Assembly: GCA_963664305.2 (NCBI GenBank)
Contig: CAXXLV010000002.1
Span: 1,376,001-1,440,000 of the forward strand
Direction of reading: 5' to 3'
Length of the DNA stretch: 64,000 nucleotides
Source of the DNA: an uncultured Aliarcobacter sp.
GTDB taxonomy: Bacteria > Campylobacterota > Campylobacteria > Campylobacterales > Arcobacteraceae
Of this stretch, positions 19,443-30,846 are shown in pieces. Both the position numbers and the translations under genes were made by a program. The stretch's first letter is position 1, and every line of letters begins with the position of its first letter. The notes below the pieces were generated by a model, which worked only from the letters and a program-made list of their open reading frames with translations, was not told where the DNA came from and made no database searches.

Positions 19443-21338
19443 ATGGAATTACAAACATTAATTTATCTATTCGTAGGTGTTTCTTTTGCTATTTACATAG
19501 GTATTGCTTTATGGGCAAAAGCTGGTTCAACTAAAGATTTCTATGTTGCTGGTGGTGGAGTTCACCCTGTTGCAAATGGTATGGCTACTGCTGCTGACTG
19601 GATGAGTGCTGCGTCATTTATCTCACTTGCAGGTATTATTGCTTTCAAAGGAAGTGATGGAGCTGCATATTTAATGGGATGGACTGGTGGATACGTTCTA
19701 CTTGCGATGTTACTTGCTCCTTATTTAAGAAAATTTGGTAAATTTACTGTTCCAGATTTCGTTGGTGATAGATATTATTCTGATACAGCTAGACTTGTTG
19801 CTGTTATTGGTGTTATTTTCGTTTCATTTACTTATGTTGCAGGACAAATGAGAGGTGTTGGTATCGTATTCTCAAGATTCTTACAAGTTGATGTTAATAC
19901 AGGTGTTATCATTGGTATGGCAATTGTATTCTTCTACTCAGTTCTTGGTGGAATGAAAGGTATTACATATACTCAAGTTGCTCAATATGTTGTTATGATT
20001 TTTGCTTATACAATTCCAGCAATTTTCTTATCATTACAAGTAACTGATACATTTTTACCTCAATTAGGTATTTTTTCAACTACTACATTTGCATTTAGTA
20101 CAGGAGTACAAGTAATTCCAGAAGGAACTTATCTTTTACATGCACTAGATCAGTCGTTACTTGATTTAGGATTTAAACCTTATACTGAGCCAGGTAACTT
20201 ATGGAATGTATTTATGTTAACAACTGCTTTAATGTTAGGTACAGCTGGTCTTCCTCACGTTATTGTTAGATTCTTTACAGTTCCTACAGTAAAAGATGCG
20301 AGAGTATCGGCTGGTTGGGCTTTAGTATTCATTGCTATTATGTATACAACTATTTCTTCTGTTGCTTCTTTCTCAAGAATCAACTTAATTAAAAATGTAC
20401 AAAATGTTGAATATTCAACATTTGTAAATGGTGAAGCAAAACATATGGATGGTACGACAAACAATGGTAAATGGTTTGCTACATGGGAAAATGGTGGATT
20501 ATTAGCATGGAATGATAGAAATGGTGATGGTAAAATTCAATATGCTTCTGGAGCTGCATTTGATGGTAAAGGTGGAAAACCTGCATTTGATGGAGATAAA
20601 AGAGCTGAAGATGGTCACAAATTAAGCACAAATGCTAAAGGTGCAGCTGATGAAAAAGAATTAGCAAAAGGTAATGGAGTTGCTAATGAAATTTATGTTG
20701 ATAATGATATTATGGTTCTTGCAAATCCTGAGATTGCAAACTTACCAAATTGGGTTATTGCATTCATCGCAGCTGGAGGTTTAGCAGCAGCATTATCAAC
20801 TGCAGCTGGATTATTACTAGTTATTGCATCAGCTATTTCACACGATTTAATGGGACAAGTTATCTTCAAAGATAAAGCAACTGGTAAATCTACATTAAAT
20901 GAAAAAACTGAGTTAATGTGGGCAAGAATTTCAGCTATCGTTGCGATTGTTATTGCAGGATACTTAGGAATTAACCCTCCAGGTTTCGTTGCACAAGTTG
21001 TTGCTTTTGCATTTGGACTTGCAGCAGCTGCATTCTTCCCTACAATTATCCTTGGGGTATTTGATAAGAGAATGAATAAAGAAGGTGCGATTGCAGGTAT
21101 TTTAGTTGGTCTTATTTTCACATTCGGATACATCGTTTACTTCGTATTCATGGGTGGAAAACCAGAGAACTACTTATTTGGAATTAATCCAACAGGAATT
21201 GGAACTATTGGTACATTATTACACTTAATTGTGGCATTCGTTGTATCAAGAATGACTCCTCCACCTCCAACTGAGATTCAAGAATTAGTTGAGAGAATTA
21301 GAATTCCTTCTGGTGCTGGACAAGCATTAGATCACTAA
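19443..21338 (+). CDS. Sodium:solute symporter (ActP-related, VC_2705-like subfamily)
   Basis: [56 protein letters not shown]; many TM helices. Confidence 0.92.
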   Translation: MELQTLIYLFVGVSFAIYIGIALWAKAGSTKDFYVAGGGVHPVANGMATAADWMSAASFISLAGIIAFKGSDGAAYLMGWTGGYVLLAMLLAPYLRKFGKFTVPDFVGDRYYSDTARLVAVIGVIFVSFTYVAGQMRGVGIVFSRFLQVDVNTGVIIGMAIVFFYSVLGGMKGITYTQVAQYVVMIFAYTIPAIFLSLQVTDTFLPQLGIFSTTTFAFSTGVQVIPEGTYLLHALDQSLLDLGFKPYTEPGNLWNVFMLTTALMLGTAGLPHVIVRFFTVPTVKDARVSAGWALVFIAIMYTTISSVASFSRINLIKNVQNVEYSTFVNGEAKHMDGTTNNGKWFATWENGGLLAWNDRNGDGKIQYASGAAFDGKGGKPAFDGDKRAEDGHKLSTNAKGAADEKELAKGNGVANEIYVDNDIMVLANPEIANLPNWVIAFIAAGGLAAALSTAAGLLLVIASAISHDLMGQVIFKDKATGKSTLNEKTELMWARISAIVAIVIAGYLGINPPGFVAQVVAFAFGLAAAAFFPTIILGVFDKRMNKEGAIAGILVGLIFTFGYIVYFVFMGGKPENYLFGINPTGIGTIGTLLHLIVAFVVSRMTPPPPTEIQELVERIRIPSGAGQALDH

Positions 21339-21340
21339 AA

Positions 21341-21380
21341 ACTATAAAGTATACCTTCGGGTATACTTTTAGTATTTTTT
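21341..21380 (+). terminator. Terminator hairpin with C(UUCG)G tetraloop
   Basis: AAAGTATACC-TTCG-GGTATACTTT followed by T-rich tail. Confidence 0.8.
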
Positions 21381-21433
21381 TAAATTAAATATACTAATTT
21401 AATTTAGAAAAATACTAACAATAAAGGAAATAT

Positions 21434-23254
21434 ATGAGTATACAAGATCAAGAGGCTTTTCTTTCAAATATTCATCCTTTTCAAGTTTTAACTCCAGGTC
21501 AGATGTCTTTATGTATACAACACATGGATATTGCTTATTATCCAAAAGATACAGTATTAATAAGTCCAGAAAAAATTCCTAATCATTTTTTCATTATTAT
21601 AAAAGGTGCAGTTTATGAATATTCACCTGATAATATCGTTGTTATGGATTATCAAAATGAAGATTCTTTTGATTCAAATTCATTAATCTATGGAAAATGC
21701 AATAATACTTTTAGAGTAAATGAAGAACTTATTTGTTATGAAATTGAGAAAAATACTTTTTTAAATTTGATTGAAAAAAATCAACAATTTAAAGACTATT
21801 TTCTAAAAGATTTAGTAAATAAAATTCAATCATTAAAAGATAAAGAATATACTTCTCAACTTTCATCTTTTATGATTGCAAAAGTTGAAGATACACTAAT
21901 TCATGAAGCATGTATTGTTGATGAAAATACAAAACTTATCGATGCAATTCAAAAATCAATGGAATATAAAACTTCTACAATTATAATAAAAAAAGAGTCA
22001 GGTGAATATGGAATTATTACCGATTCACTTTTAAAAATAAAAGTATTATTAGAAGGAAGAGATTTAGATATTCCTGTTAGTAGTATTGCTATTTTCCCTC
22101 TTCTAACGGTAAATAATGATGATTATTTATTTGAAGCTTTAACAATTCTAATTAAAAGAAATATCAAAAGAATTGGTGTAACAAATAACAAAGGTGAAAT
22201 GATAGGTATACTAGAGCAAATTGATGTTCTTTCTCATTTTGCAAATCATAGTTATGTAGTTGATTCAAAAATTAAAAAAGCAAAAAATGTTGAAGATTTA
22301 AAATCTGCTAGCAAAGATTTGATTAATATTATAAAAAGCCTACATGCAAAAGGTGTTAAAGTAAATCATATTTCAAATCTAATTGGTCAATTAAATACAA
22401 AAGTCTATCAAAAACTTTATAATCTTGTACTTCCAAAAGAGTTACGAAATGATGCATGTTTTATAGTAATGGGAAGTGAAGGAAGAAATGAACAAATCAT
22501 AAAAACTGACCAAGACAATGCACTTGTTGTTAGAGATGATGTTGATGTTGAACAATACAGACCTTATATGCAAGAAATTACTAAACATTTAATAGACTTC
22601 GGTTATCCTCCTTGTGAAGGTAATATAATGGTTTCAAATCCATTTTGGTGTAAAAATGTAAAAGAATACAAAGCTGAAACAGTAAGATGGATAGAAGCAC
22701 CTGATATGCAAAACTATATGGATTTAGCAATATTCTTTGATTCATTTGCAGTTGCAGGAGATAAAGAACTTTTAATTAATTTAAAAGATAATTTATTTAA
22801 TAAACTTCATGATAAAGATGTATTTATGGCATATTTTGCAAGAGCTACACTTGCATTTGATACACCAACAACAATTTCAAATTTTATGACTAAAACTCAT
22901 TTTATAGATATTAAAAAAGCTGCTGTATTTCCAATAGTTCAAGGAATTAGAAGTTTAGCTTTAAGAGAAAGAATTAGAGAAACAACAACAGTAAAAAGAA
23001 TTAAAATTCTAGAAGAAAAAAGAATTATTGAAAAAGATAAAGCTGCTGAATTACTTGAAGCTTTTGATGTTGTTAATACTTTGAGATTAAAAGCTCAACT
23101 AGAAGATATTCAAGCAGGTAAAAAAATCAATAATGAAATAGATACTCATAGTTTAGGGAAAATTGAAAGAGATTTATTAAAAGATTCTTTCAAAATTGTT
23201 ATTGAATTTAAAAAATTCATTAATTATGTATTTAAAATTGATAAGATTTCATAA
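21434..23254 (+). CDS. cNMP-binding/CBS/DUF294 putative nucleotidyltransferase, copy 1
   Basis: N-terminal HPF..L cNMP-like domain, CBS pair, GlnD/GlnE-like GSEGRNEQ...TDQDNAL, GYPPCEGNIMVSNPFW, DUF294_C DIKK...FPIVQGIR. Confidence 0.9.
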   Translation: MSIQDQEAFLSNIHPFQVLTPGQMSLCIQHMDIAYYPKDTVLISPEKIPNHFFIIIKGAVYEYSPDNIVVMDYQNEDSFDSNSLIYGKCNNTFRVNEELICYEIEKNTFLNLIEKNQQFKDYFLKDLVNKIQSLKDKEYTSQLSSFMIAKVEDTLIHEACIVDENTKLIDAIQKSMEYKTSTIIIKKESGEYGIITDSLLKIKVLLEGRDLDIPVSSIAIFPLLTVNNDDYLFEALTILIKRNIKRIGVTNNKGEMIGILEQIDVLSHFANHSYVVDSKIKKAKNVEDLKSASKDLINIIKSLHAKGVKVNHISNLIGQLNTKVYQKLYNLVLPKELRNDACFIVMGSEGRNEQIIKTDQDNALVVRDDVDVEQYRPYMQEITKHLIDFGYPPCEGNIMVSNPFWCKNVKEYKAETVRWIEAPDMQNYMDLAIFFDSFAVAGDKELLINLKDNLFNKLHDKDVFMAYFARATLAFDTPTTISNFMTKTHFIDIKKAAVFPIVQGIRSLALRERIRETTTVKRIKILEEKRIIEKDKAAELLEAFDVVNTLRLKAQLEDIQAGKKINNEIDTHSLGKIERDLLKDSFKIVIEFKKFINYVFKIDKIS

Positions 23255-23886
23255 TGTTAGAAAATTTTTTTAAAAACTGGAATAGAAAAAGGTTAAAAGA
23301 TAAAAGATTTGATTTTTTATTTGATGAACCTTTACCAAATGAATTTGTATCATTAGATTGTGAAACTACTGGATTAAATCCAAAAAAAGACGAAATTCTT
23401 TCAATTGGAGCTGTTTTAATCAGAGATAACAAGATATTGATGAGAAAAACATTTAATATCTTTTTGAAACCTTCAAAAAATATAAATGCAGAATCAATTA
23501 AAATTCATCACATAAGAAAAGTAGATTTAGAAAATGCTCTTGAACCTCAAGATGCTATTTATCAACTACTAGATTTTATAGGTTCAAGACCAATTGTTGG
23601 TTATTATATAAAATTTGATGTAACAATCATTTCAAAATACACAAAAAATTTTATTGGTATAAAACTTCCTAATGAAACTATTGAAGTTTCATCTTTATAT
23701 TTCAAAACAAGAAAAAGATCAAGTGACTATCAATTTATTGATTTAAAATTTGACACTATTTTAAAAACATTAGATATTCCTGCTCTTGGGAAACATGATG
23801 CATTAAATGATGCTATCATGACTGCTATGATGTTTCTTAAACTAAAAGATTTAACTCCAGCGAAAACTACTTTCTATACAAATTAA
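23254..23886 (+). CDS. DEDDh 3'-5' exonuclease family protein (DnaQ-like), copy 1
   Basis: SLDCETTGL, KIHHI, KFD, HDALNDA; translationally coupled to the DUF294 gene. Confidence 0.9.
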   Translation: MLENFFKNWNRKRLKDKRFDFLFDEPLPNEFVSLDCETTGLNPKKDEILSIGAVLIRDNKILMRKTFNIFLKPSKNINAESIKIHHIRKVDLENALEPQDAIYQLLDFIGSRPIVGYYIKFDVTIISKYTKNFIGIKLPNETIEVSSLYFKTRKRSSDYQFIDLKFDTILKTLDIPALGKHDALNDAIMTAMMFLKLKDLTPAKTTFYTN

Positions 23887-23986
23887 GGATTTTATTCCTA
23901 ATTTGTATTTTATTTTTTAATAATATAATAACTCAATATATTTTCATTTTGAAAATATTATTAAAATTTTTAAAAATTATTTTTAA

Positions 23987-24020
23987 ATGCTATGCTATTG
24001 CGACTTTAATAGTCTAAGAT
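23987..24020 (+). promoter_or_regulatory. Direct-repeat activator box plus -10 (site 2)
   Basis: ATGCTAT-gcta-TTGCGAC, 10 nt, TAAGAT. Confidence 0.6.
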
Positions 24021-24056
24021 TTCAAACATTTAAAAAGAATCTTACACGGGAGGCGA

Positions 24057-24374
24057 ATGATGGATAAAGAATTAGTTAACAAAATTAAATCTAATCCTAA
24101 ATATAAAGAGTTAGTTGAAAAAAGAAACTCGTTTTCTTTAAAACTATCTATTTTTGTTTTAGTTATGTTTTATGCATTTGTACTAGTAATTGCTTTTGAT
24201 AAAGAGTTATTAGCTACAAAAATTGGTGAGGGAGTTATGACTGCTGCATTTCCAGTTGGAGCTGCGATTATTATAATTAGCTTTATTACTACATTAATTT
24301 ATGTTAAAAGAGCAAATACTGAATTTGAAGATTTAACAAATGAAATCAAAAATGATGTAAAGGATTTATTATAA
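24057..24374 (+). CDS. DUF485 (YjcH-like) small membrane protein, copy 1
   Basis: [14 protein letters not shown], two TM helices, [11 protein letters not shown]; coupled to actP. Confidence 0.9.
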   Translation: MMDKELVNKIKSNPKYKELVEKRNSFSLKLSIFVLVMFYAFVLVIAFDKELLATKIGEGVMTAAFPVGAAIIIISFITTLIYVKRANTEFEDLTNEIKNDVKDLL

Positions 24375-26023
24375 TGTTAAGAATTGTTACAATATTAAGT
24401 TTATTTGCATTAGCAATGTTTGCTGCAGGTGATGCAACGTTTGAAGGTAAAAGAGATTTAAATATCTCTGCAATTATAATGTTCTTTATATTTATTGCTG
24501 GAACATTAGGTATCACTAAATGGGCTGCAAGTAAAACAAAATCTGCTTCAGATTTCTATACAGCTGGTGGAGGAATTTCAGGATTCCAAAATGGTATGGC
24601 TATTGCTGGAGATTATATGTCTGCTGCTTCTTTCCTTGGTATTTCAGGTATGATTTACTTAAATGGATTTGATGGTTTAGTTTATGCTGTTGGATTTTTA
24701 GTTGGTTGGCCAGTAATTTTATTCTTAATGGCTGAAAAATTAAGAAACTTAGGTAAATTTACATTTACTGACATTGCTGCTTATAGATTATCACAAAAAG
24801 AAATCAGAATTTTAGCTGCATTTGGTTCTTTATCTGTTGTTACTTTATATTTAATTGCACAAATGGTTGGGGCTGGAAAATTAATTCAAATCTTATTTGG
24901 TATGGATTATGAGTATGCTGTTATCCTTGTTGGTGTTATGATGATTATTTATGTTACTTTTGGTGGTATGTTAGCAACTACTTGGGTGCAAATCATTAAA
25001 GCTGTATTATTATTATCTGGTGTTACTTTCATGGGATTAATGGTAATGGCTCACTATGGATTCTCTTTTGAAGCATTAGCTACAAAAGCTGTTGAAACAC
25101 ACGCAAAAGGTCAAGCTATTATGGCTCCAGGTGGATTTATCTCTGATCCTATTTCTGCTATTTCTTTAGGTATGGCATTAATGTTAGGAACTGCTGGTTT
25201 ACCACACATTTTAATGAGATTCTTTACTGTTGGAAATGCGAAAGAAGCTAGAAAATCTGTTGTTTATGCAACTGGATTCATCGGTTACTTCTATTTAATT
25301 ATCGCTGTAATTGGTTTAGGTGCTATTGTATTCTTAAACTCTCCAGAAGGTGCTCAATACTTCAAAGATGGTAAGTTAATTGGTGGTGGAAATATGGCTG
25401 CTATTCACTTATCTCATGTTGTTGGTGGAGATATTTTCTTAGGATTTATTTCAGCTGTTGCATTTGCTACAATTTTAGCGGTTGTATCTGGTTTAACACT
25501 TGCTGGAGCTTCTGCAATTTCTCACGATATCTATGCAATCGTTGTGAAAAAAGGTATGGCTACTGAAGCTGATGAAATTAAAGTTTCTAAAAGATCAGTT
25601 ATCATCATTGGAATTGTTGGTGTTATTTTAGGTATTGCATTTGAAAAACAAAATATTGCATTCATGGTTGGTCTTGCATTTGCTATTGCTGCTTCTGCTA
25701 ACTTCCCAATTTTATTCCTTTCAATTTACTGGAAAAAATTAACAACTAGAGGAGCATTCCTTGGTGGATTTGCTGGATTAATCACAGCAGTTGTTCTAGT
25801 TATCTTAGGTCCTGTTGTTTGGGTTGATGTTTTACATAATAAAGAAGCTATTTTCCCATATAAACACCCAGCTTTATTCTCTGTAACTGTTGCATTCGTA
25901 GCAATTTGGTTCTTCTCTATAACTGATAAATCAGCTAGAGCACAAGAAGAAATTGAATTATATGAAGGACAAAATGTTAGAGCTAATACAGGTATTGGTG
26001 CTGACGGAGCTGTTGCTCACTAA
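24374..26023 (+). CDS. actP: Cation/acetate symporter ActP, copy 1
   Basis: [73 protein letters not shown]-terminal TGIGA..AVAH. Confidence 0.92.
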   Translation: MLRIVTILSLFALAMFAAGDATFEGKRDLNISAIIMFFIFIAGTLGITKWAASKTKSASDFYTAGGGISGFQNGMAIAGDYMSAASFLGISGMIYLNGFDGLVYAVGFLVGWPVILFLMAEKLRNLGKFTFTDIAAYRLSQKEIRILAAFGSLSVVTLYLIAQMVGAGKLIQILFGMDYEYAVILVGVMMIIYVTFGGMLATTWVQIIKAVLLLSGVTFMGLMVMAHYGFSFEALATKAVETHAKGQAIMAPGGFISDPISAISLGMALMLGTAGLPHILMRFFTVGNAKEARKSVVYATGFIGYFYLIIAVIGLGAIVFLNSPEGAQYFKDGKLIGGGNMAAIHLSHVVGGDIFLGFISAVAFATILAVVSGLTLAGASAISHDIYAIVVKKGMATEADEIKVSKRSVIIIGIVGVILGIAFEKQNIAFMVGLAFAIAASANFPILFLSIYWKKLTTRGAFLGGFAGLITAVVLVILGPVVWVDVLHNKEAIFPYKHPALFSVTVAFVAIWFFSITDKSARAQEEIELYEGQNVRANTGIGADGAVAH

Positions 26024-26028
26024 TAAAA

Positions 26029-26055
26029 TTACTAAAGAGATTTTCTCTTTAGTAA
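26029..26055 (+). terminator. Terminator-like hairpin after actP copy 1
   Basis: TTACTAAAGAGA-ttt-TCTCTTTAGTAA. Confidence 0.65.
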
Positions 26056-26293
26056 CTTATCTTCTATTATAAAATCTAACTTAAGAATTATAATTAAAAT
26101 TAATAATTTATAATTCAATTTTTTGTTACATTTCTACAAAAATCTACACAATTTTTACACATTTTAAAAAATTTTTTCCTACAAATTTGTATTTGCATGT
26201 ATAATCAGTTACTTTTTTTCATTTAAAGGCACACTATAAATGAAAAAGGCTAATAGACATTATTGTTTATTAACTAGAAAAAAGGGAGCAAAA

Positions 26294-26608
26294 ATGAACG
26301 ACGAATTGGTTACTCGTATTGAATCAAATCCTAAATATAAGGAATTGGTTTCAAAAAGAAATGGTTTAGGAATTAAACTAGGTATTTTTGTATTAGTTAT
26401 GTTTTATGCATATATTTTAGTTATAGCATTTAACAAAGAACTTTTATCTACAAAAATTGGAGATGGTGTTACAACAATTGCATTTCCTATTGCATTGGCT
26501 ATTTTAGTAATTAGCTTTATTACTACATTAATTTATGTAAAAAGAGCAAATACTGAATTTGAAGATTTAACAAATCAAATCAAAAAAGATGTAAAGGATT
26601 TATTATAA
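26294..26608 (+). CDS. DUF485 (YjcH-like) small membrane protein, copy 2
   Basis: Paralog of 24057..24374; ATG at 26294 after SD GGGAG. Confidence 0.9.
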   Translation: MNDELVTRIESNPKYKELVSKRNGLGIKLGIFVLVMFYAYILVIAFNKELLSTKIGDGVTTIAFPIALAILVISFITTLIYVKRANTEFEDLTNQIKKDVKDLL

Positions 26609-28278
26609 TGTTGAGAATTTTAGCACTAATTTCAATTATTGCATTAACAGCTTTTGCTGCAGGTGATGCAACTTTTGAAGCAACAAAAAGAGATCTTAAT
26701 GTATCTGCAATTATCATGTTTTTTGTATTTATTGTTGGTACATTAGGTATTACTTATTGGGCAGCAAGAAAAACAAAATCTGCTTCTGATTTCTATACAG
26801 CAGGTGGAGGAATTTCTGGTTTTCAAAATGGTTTAGCAATTGCTGGAGACTATATGTCAGCTGCTGCATTCCTTGGGGTTTCTGGTCTTATTTATATGAA
26901 AGGTTATGATGGAGTTATCTATGCCGTTTCATTCCTTGTTGGTTGGCCAATTATTTTATTCTTTATGGCTGAAAAATTAAGAAACTTAGGTAAATTTACT
27001 TTTGCTGACATCGCTGCTTATAGATTAGGACAAAAAGAGATTAGAACTCTTGCTGCATTTGGTTCTATTTCAGTTGTAATTTTATACTTAATTGCACAAA
27101 TGGTTGGAGCTGGAAAATTAATTCAAGTTCTATTTGGTATGGAGTATGAGTACGCTGTATTCATGGTTGGAGCATTAATGATTATTTATGTAACATTTGG
27201 GGGGATGCTAGCAACTACTTGGGTACAAATTATCAAAGCTTGTTTATTACTTTCTGGTGTATCATTTATGGCAATAATGGTTTTATATCATTTTGATTTC
27301 TCTTTTGAATCACTTGCTGTTAAAGCTGTTGAAAATCACAAATCTGGTGAAGCTATTTTAAGTCCAGGTGGATTTATTACTGACCCTATTTCTGCTATTT
27401 CTTTAGGTATGGCTTTAATGCTTGGAACAGCTGGTCTTCCTCACGTTTTAATGAGATTCTTTACAGTTGGTAATGCAAAAGAAGCTAGAAAATCTGTTGT
27501 TTATGCAACTGGATTTGTTGCATACTTCTGGGTAATTATTACTATCGTTGGTTTTGGAGCAATTGCATTCTTAAATAGTGCAGAAGGTGCACAATATTTT
27601 GATGGTGCTAAAGCATATCTTGAGGGTGGAAAACTATTTGGTGGAAGTAATATGGCTTCTGTTCACTTATCTCATATGTTAGGTGGAAATGCATTCTTAG
27701 GATTTATCTCTGCTGTTGCATTTGCTACTATTTTAGCGGTTGTTTCAGGATTAACACTTGCTGGTGCTTCTGCAATATCACACGATATTTATGCGAATGT
27801 AATCAATCCAAATGCATCAGATGAAAAAGTTGTAAAAATTTCAAAAATTACAGTTGTTATTATTGGTATTATTGGTGTTATTTTAGGGATTGCTTTTGAA
27901 TCTCAAAATATTGCTTACATGGTTGGTCTTGCATTTGGTATTGCGGCATCTGCAAACTTCCCAATTTTATTCTTATCAATCTACTGGAGTGGATTAACAA
28001 CTAAAGGTGCATTTATTGGTGGATTTATGGGATTAATTTCTGCTGTAACATTTGTTGTTTTAGGACCAAATGTTTGGGTTCAAATTTTAGGAAATGAAAA
28101 AGCAATTTTCCCTTACGCACACCCTGCACTATTCTCTGTTACAATAGCTTTTGTATCAATCTGGTTTTTCTCAAAACTTGATAATTCACAAAGAGCTAAA
28201 AACGAAAAAGAATTATTTAGAGCTCAAAATATTAGAGCAAATACAGGTATTGGTGCAGCTGGAGCTGTTTCACACTAA
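26608..28278 (+). CDS. actP: Cation/acetate symporter ActP, copy 2
   Basis: Same ActP motifs; close paralog of 24374..26023. Confidence 0.9.
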   Translation: MLRILALISIIALTAFAAGDATFEATKRDLNVSAIIMFFVFIVGTLGITYWAARKTKSASDFYTAGGGISGFQNGLAIAGDYMSAAAFLGVSGLIYMKGYDGVIYAVSFLVGWPIILFFMAEKLRNLGKFTFADIAAYRLGQKEIRTLAAFGSISVVILYLIAQMVGAGKLIQVLFGMEYEYAVFMVGALMIIYVTFGGMLATTWVQIIKACLLLSGVSFMAIMVLYHFDFSFESLAVKAVENHKSGEAILSPGGFITDPISAISLGMALMLGTAGLPHVLMRFFTVGNAKEARKSVVYATGFVAYFWVIITIVGFGAIAFLNSAEGAQYFDGAKAYLEGGKLFGGSNMASVHLSHMLGGNAFLGFISAVAFATILAVVSGLTLAGASAISHDIYANVINPNASDEKVVKISKITVVIIGIIGVILGIAFESQNIAYMVGLAFGIAASANFPILFLSIYWSGLTTKGAFIGGFMGLISAVTFVVLGPNVWVQILGNEKAIFPYAHPALFSVTIAFVSIWFFSKLDNSQRAKNEKELFRAQNIRANTGIGAAGAVSH

Positions 28279-28283
28279 ATTAT

Positions 28284-28312
28284 AAATATCAAAGGTTTTC
28301 CTTTGATATTTT
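28284..28312 (+). terminator. Terminator-like hairpin after actP copy 2
   Basis: AAATATCAAAGG-tttt-CCTTTGATATTT. Confidence 0.65.
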
Positions 28313-28374
28313 AACTGTTCTGGCGATTGAATAAAAAATTCAATCTAGTCTTTTATATTTACAAAAGAGGACAT

Positions 28375-30216
28375 ATGAGTATATTAGAACAAAAAACATT
28401 TATCTCTTCAATACATCCATTTCAAAACTTAACATCAGAACAACTAGACACTTTCGTTGAAAATATGGATATTGTTTATTTTAAAGAGAATGAAACAGTA
28501 CAAGCACAAGGAACAATACCAAAATCACTTTTTTTTATTTTAAAAGGTTTGATTCAAGAAAAACAAGATGATGAAGTTTTATCAATCTATTCAAAAAATG
28601 AAATCTTTGATTCAATATCTTTAATTGAAAATTATTCAAAAAATAGTTTTGTGACTGCAGAAGAGACGATTTGTTACACTCTTCCAAGAGAAATTTTTAT
28701 AGAAATACTTCATGAAAATCAAGAGTTAGAGAACTATTTTTTCCAATCAATTGCTGAAAAGCTAAACAACAATATTCTTCATGAAAAAAATAAAGATATG
28801 GCGAATATTATGATAGCAAAAGTAAAAGATGCAAAAATTCATAAAGCCGTAATTGTTGATACAAATATCTCAATATTTGAAGCAGCAACAATTATCAAAA
28901 AAGAGAAAGTTCCTACAATTTTATTAAAAGATGAAAATAATGAAATGTATATAGTAACTGACTCTGATTTTAGACAAAAAGTAATTTTAAACAGAATGGA
29001 TTTTGACGATAAAATCGTAAAAATTGCAACAAAAGGTTTAATATACATAAATGAAGAAGATTTTTTATTTAATGCTCAATTAATCATGGCAAAACATGGG
29101 ATAAAAAGAGTTGTTGTAAAAAATGATAAAAATGAAATAATTGGTATATTAGACCAAATCTCTTTATCATCGTTCTTTGCTACAAATATTTTTTCTGTTT
29201 CGAATCAAATTGTAAAAGCTGAAACAATTGAAGAACTAAAAGAAGCTTCTTTATCATTTATTAAAATCATTAAATCACTAAATGCAAAAGGTGTAAAAAT
29301 TGAATTTATATCAAAATTAATAAATCAATTAAATAAAAAACTTTTAGATAAATTATACAAAGTTTTAGCACCTGCTGAATTATATGAAAAATCATGTTTG
29401 GTAGTAATGGGAAGTGAAGGTAGAGGTGAACAAATCTTAAGAACTGACCAAGACAATGCTTTAATATTAGCAGATGATTGTGAGATTTCAGAAGAAAAAC
29501 TAAGAGAATTCACAACTTTATTTACTGAAACTTTAGTTGACTTTGGATTTCCAAGATGTGAAGGAAATATCATGGTTTCGAATCCTTATTGGTGTAGAAA
29601 AAAATCTGATTTTAAAGATTTAATTTTCACTTGGATAAATGAACCAAGTGGTGATAATTTTATGAATATTGCTATTTTTTATGATGCAGTTTGTGTATCA
29701 GGAAATAAAGAATTACTTACAAAACTAAAAGAGTATCTATTTAGTATTGCTGCTAATTCTCAACAGTTTAACTCTCATTTTGCAAAAGTTATCACGAGCT
29801 TCGATGTTCCATTAGGATTTTTTGATGGATTTGTATTTAATAGTAAAGATAACAAACATAAAAATGAAATAGATATTAAAAGAGGTGGTATTTTTATTCT
29901 TGTTCAAGGTATTAGAAGTTTGAGTTTAGAGCATAAAATATTCAATACAAACACAAATAAAAGAATAAAAAAACTTACAGAACTTGGTGTTTTTGAAGAA
30001 GAATTTGCAAAAGAGTTAACAATGGCATTTAACTTTTTAACAAATTTAAAATTGAAATCAAATCTTGAAAAATTAGATAAAAAAATTGCTATAGATAACT
30101 ATATCAATCCTGATAATTTAAATACAATGGAAAAAGATTTACTAAAAGAGTCTTTTAAAATTGTAAATAAATTAAAGAAAAAATTAGAATTTCATTTCAA
30201 GTTAAACTATGTTTAG
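28375..30216 (+). CDS. cNMP-binding/CBS/DUF294 putative nucleotidyltransferase, copy 2
   Basis: GSEGRGEQILRTDQDNAL, GFPRCEGNIMVSNPYW, DIKRGGIF..VQGIR; ATG at 28375 after SD GAGG. Confidence 0.9.
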   Translation: MSILEQKTFISSIHPFQNLTSEQLDTFVENMDIVYFKENETVQAQGTIPKSLFFILKGLIQEKQDDEVLSIYSKNEIFDSISLIENYSKNSFVTAEETICYTLPREIFIEILHENQELENYFFQSIAEKLNNNILHEKNKDMANIMIAKVKDAKIHKAVIVDTNISIFEAATIIKKEKVPTILLKDENNEMYIVTDSDFRQKVILNRMDFDDKIVKIATKGLIYINEEDFLFNAQLIMAKHGIKRVVVKNDKNEIIGILDQISLSSFFATNIFSVSNQIVKAETIEELKEASLSFIKIIKSLNAKGVKIEFISKLINQLNKKLLDKLYKVLAPAELYEKSCLVVMGSEGRGEQILRTDQDNALILADDCEISEEKLREFTTLFTETLVDFGFPRCEGNIMVSNPYWCRKKSDFKDLIFTWINEPSGDNFMNIAIFYDAVCVSGNKELLTKLKEYLFSIAANSQQFNSHFAKVITSFDVPLGFFDGFVFNSKDNKHKNEIDIKRGGIFILVQGIRSLSLEHKIFNTNTNKRIKKLTELGVFEEEFAKELTMAFNFLTNLKLKSNLEKLDKKIAIDNYINPDNLNTMEKDLLKESFKIVNKLKKKLEFHFKLNYV

Positions 30217-30823
30217 AAATATAAGAAACTATTTTAATAAAAAAAATCTAAAAGACGAAAAATACTCTTATTTATTTGAAAACTCTTCAAATAATGAGTA
30301 TGTTTGTTTTGATTGTGAAACAACTGGGTTAAATCCAAAAATTGATGACATAATATCAATTGGTGCTGTTATTATCAAAGATAATACAATTGTTTCAAGT
30401 AAAAAATTTATTAAATTTGTTAAACCAAAAACTAAATTGCAAGCTGAAGCTATAAAAATTCATCATATAAGAGAGTGTGATTTACTTCATGCTGAAGATA
30501 TCAATGATGTAATTATTGAATTTATTGAATTTATAGGAAATAGACCATTAGTTGGATATTTTTTAGAATTTGATATTTCAATGATTAATAAATATTTAAA
30601 ACCAAAATTAGGAATTACTCTTCCAAATAGAGCTCTTGAGGTTTCAGAAATTTATCATGATTATAAAATTGAAATCATTCCTCAAGGACATATAGATTTA
30701 AGATTTAATTCTATTATGGAAGAACTTCAAATCCCAAATCTTGGTAAACACGATGCATATAACGATGCAATAATGACTGCCATGATTTTTATAAAACTTA
30801 AAAACTTACAAAAAATTAAATAA
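30209..30823 (+). CDS. DEDDh 3'-5' exonuclease family protein, copy 2
   Basis: FDCETTGL, KIHHI, EFD, HDAYNDA; overlaps the DUF294 stop. Confidence 0.9.
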   Translation: MFRNIRNYFNKKNLKDEKYSYLFENSSNNEYVCFDCETTGLNPKIDDIISIGAVIIKDNTIVSSKKFIKFVKPKTKLQAEAIKIHHIRECDLLHAEDINDVIIEFIEFIGNRPLVGYFLEFDISMINKYLKPKLGITLPNRALEVSEIYHDYKIEIIPQGHIDLRFNSIMEELQIPNLGKHDAYNDAIMTAMIFIKLKNLQKIK

Positions 30824-30846
30824 ACTAGAAAAGGAAAATTAGAATA

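Noticed and set aside
21434..23886. NTase plus exonuclease as a CBASS or toxin-antitoxin defence system, or as the true dnaQ
   Set aside because: The NTase has the GlnD/GlnE-like DUF294 signature with cNMP/CBS domains rather than a CD-NTase or MNT architecture. No effector gene is present, the context is metabolic, and the exonucleases are duplicated and coupled to the NTase genes.
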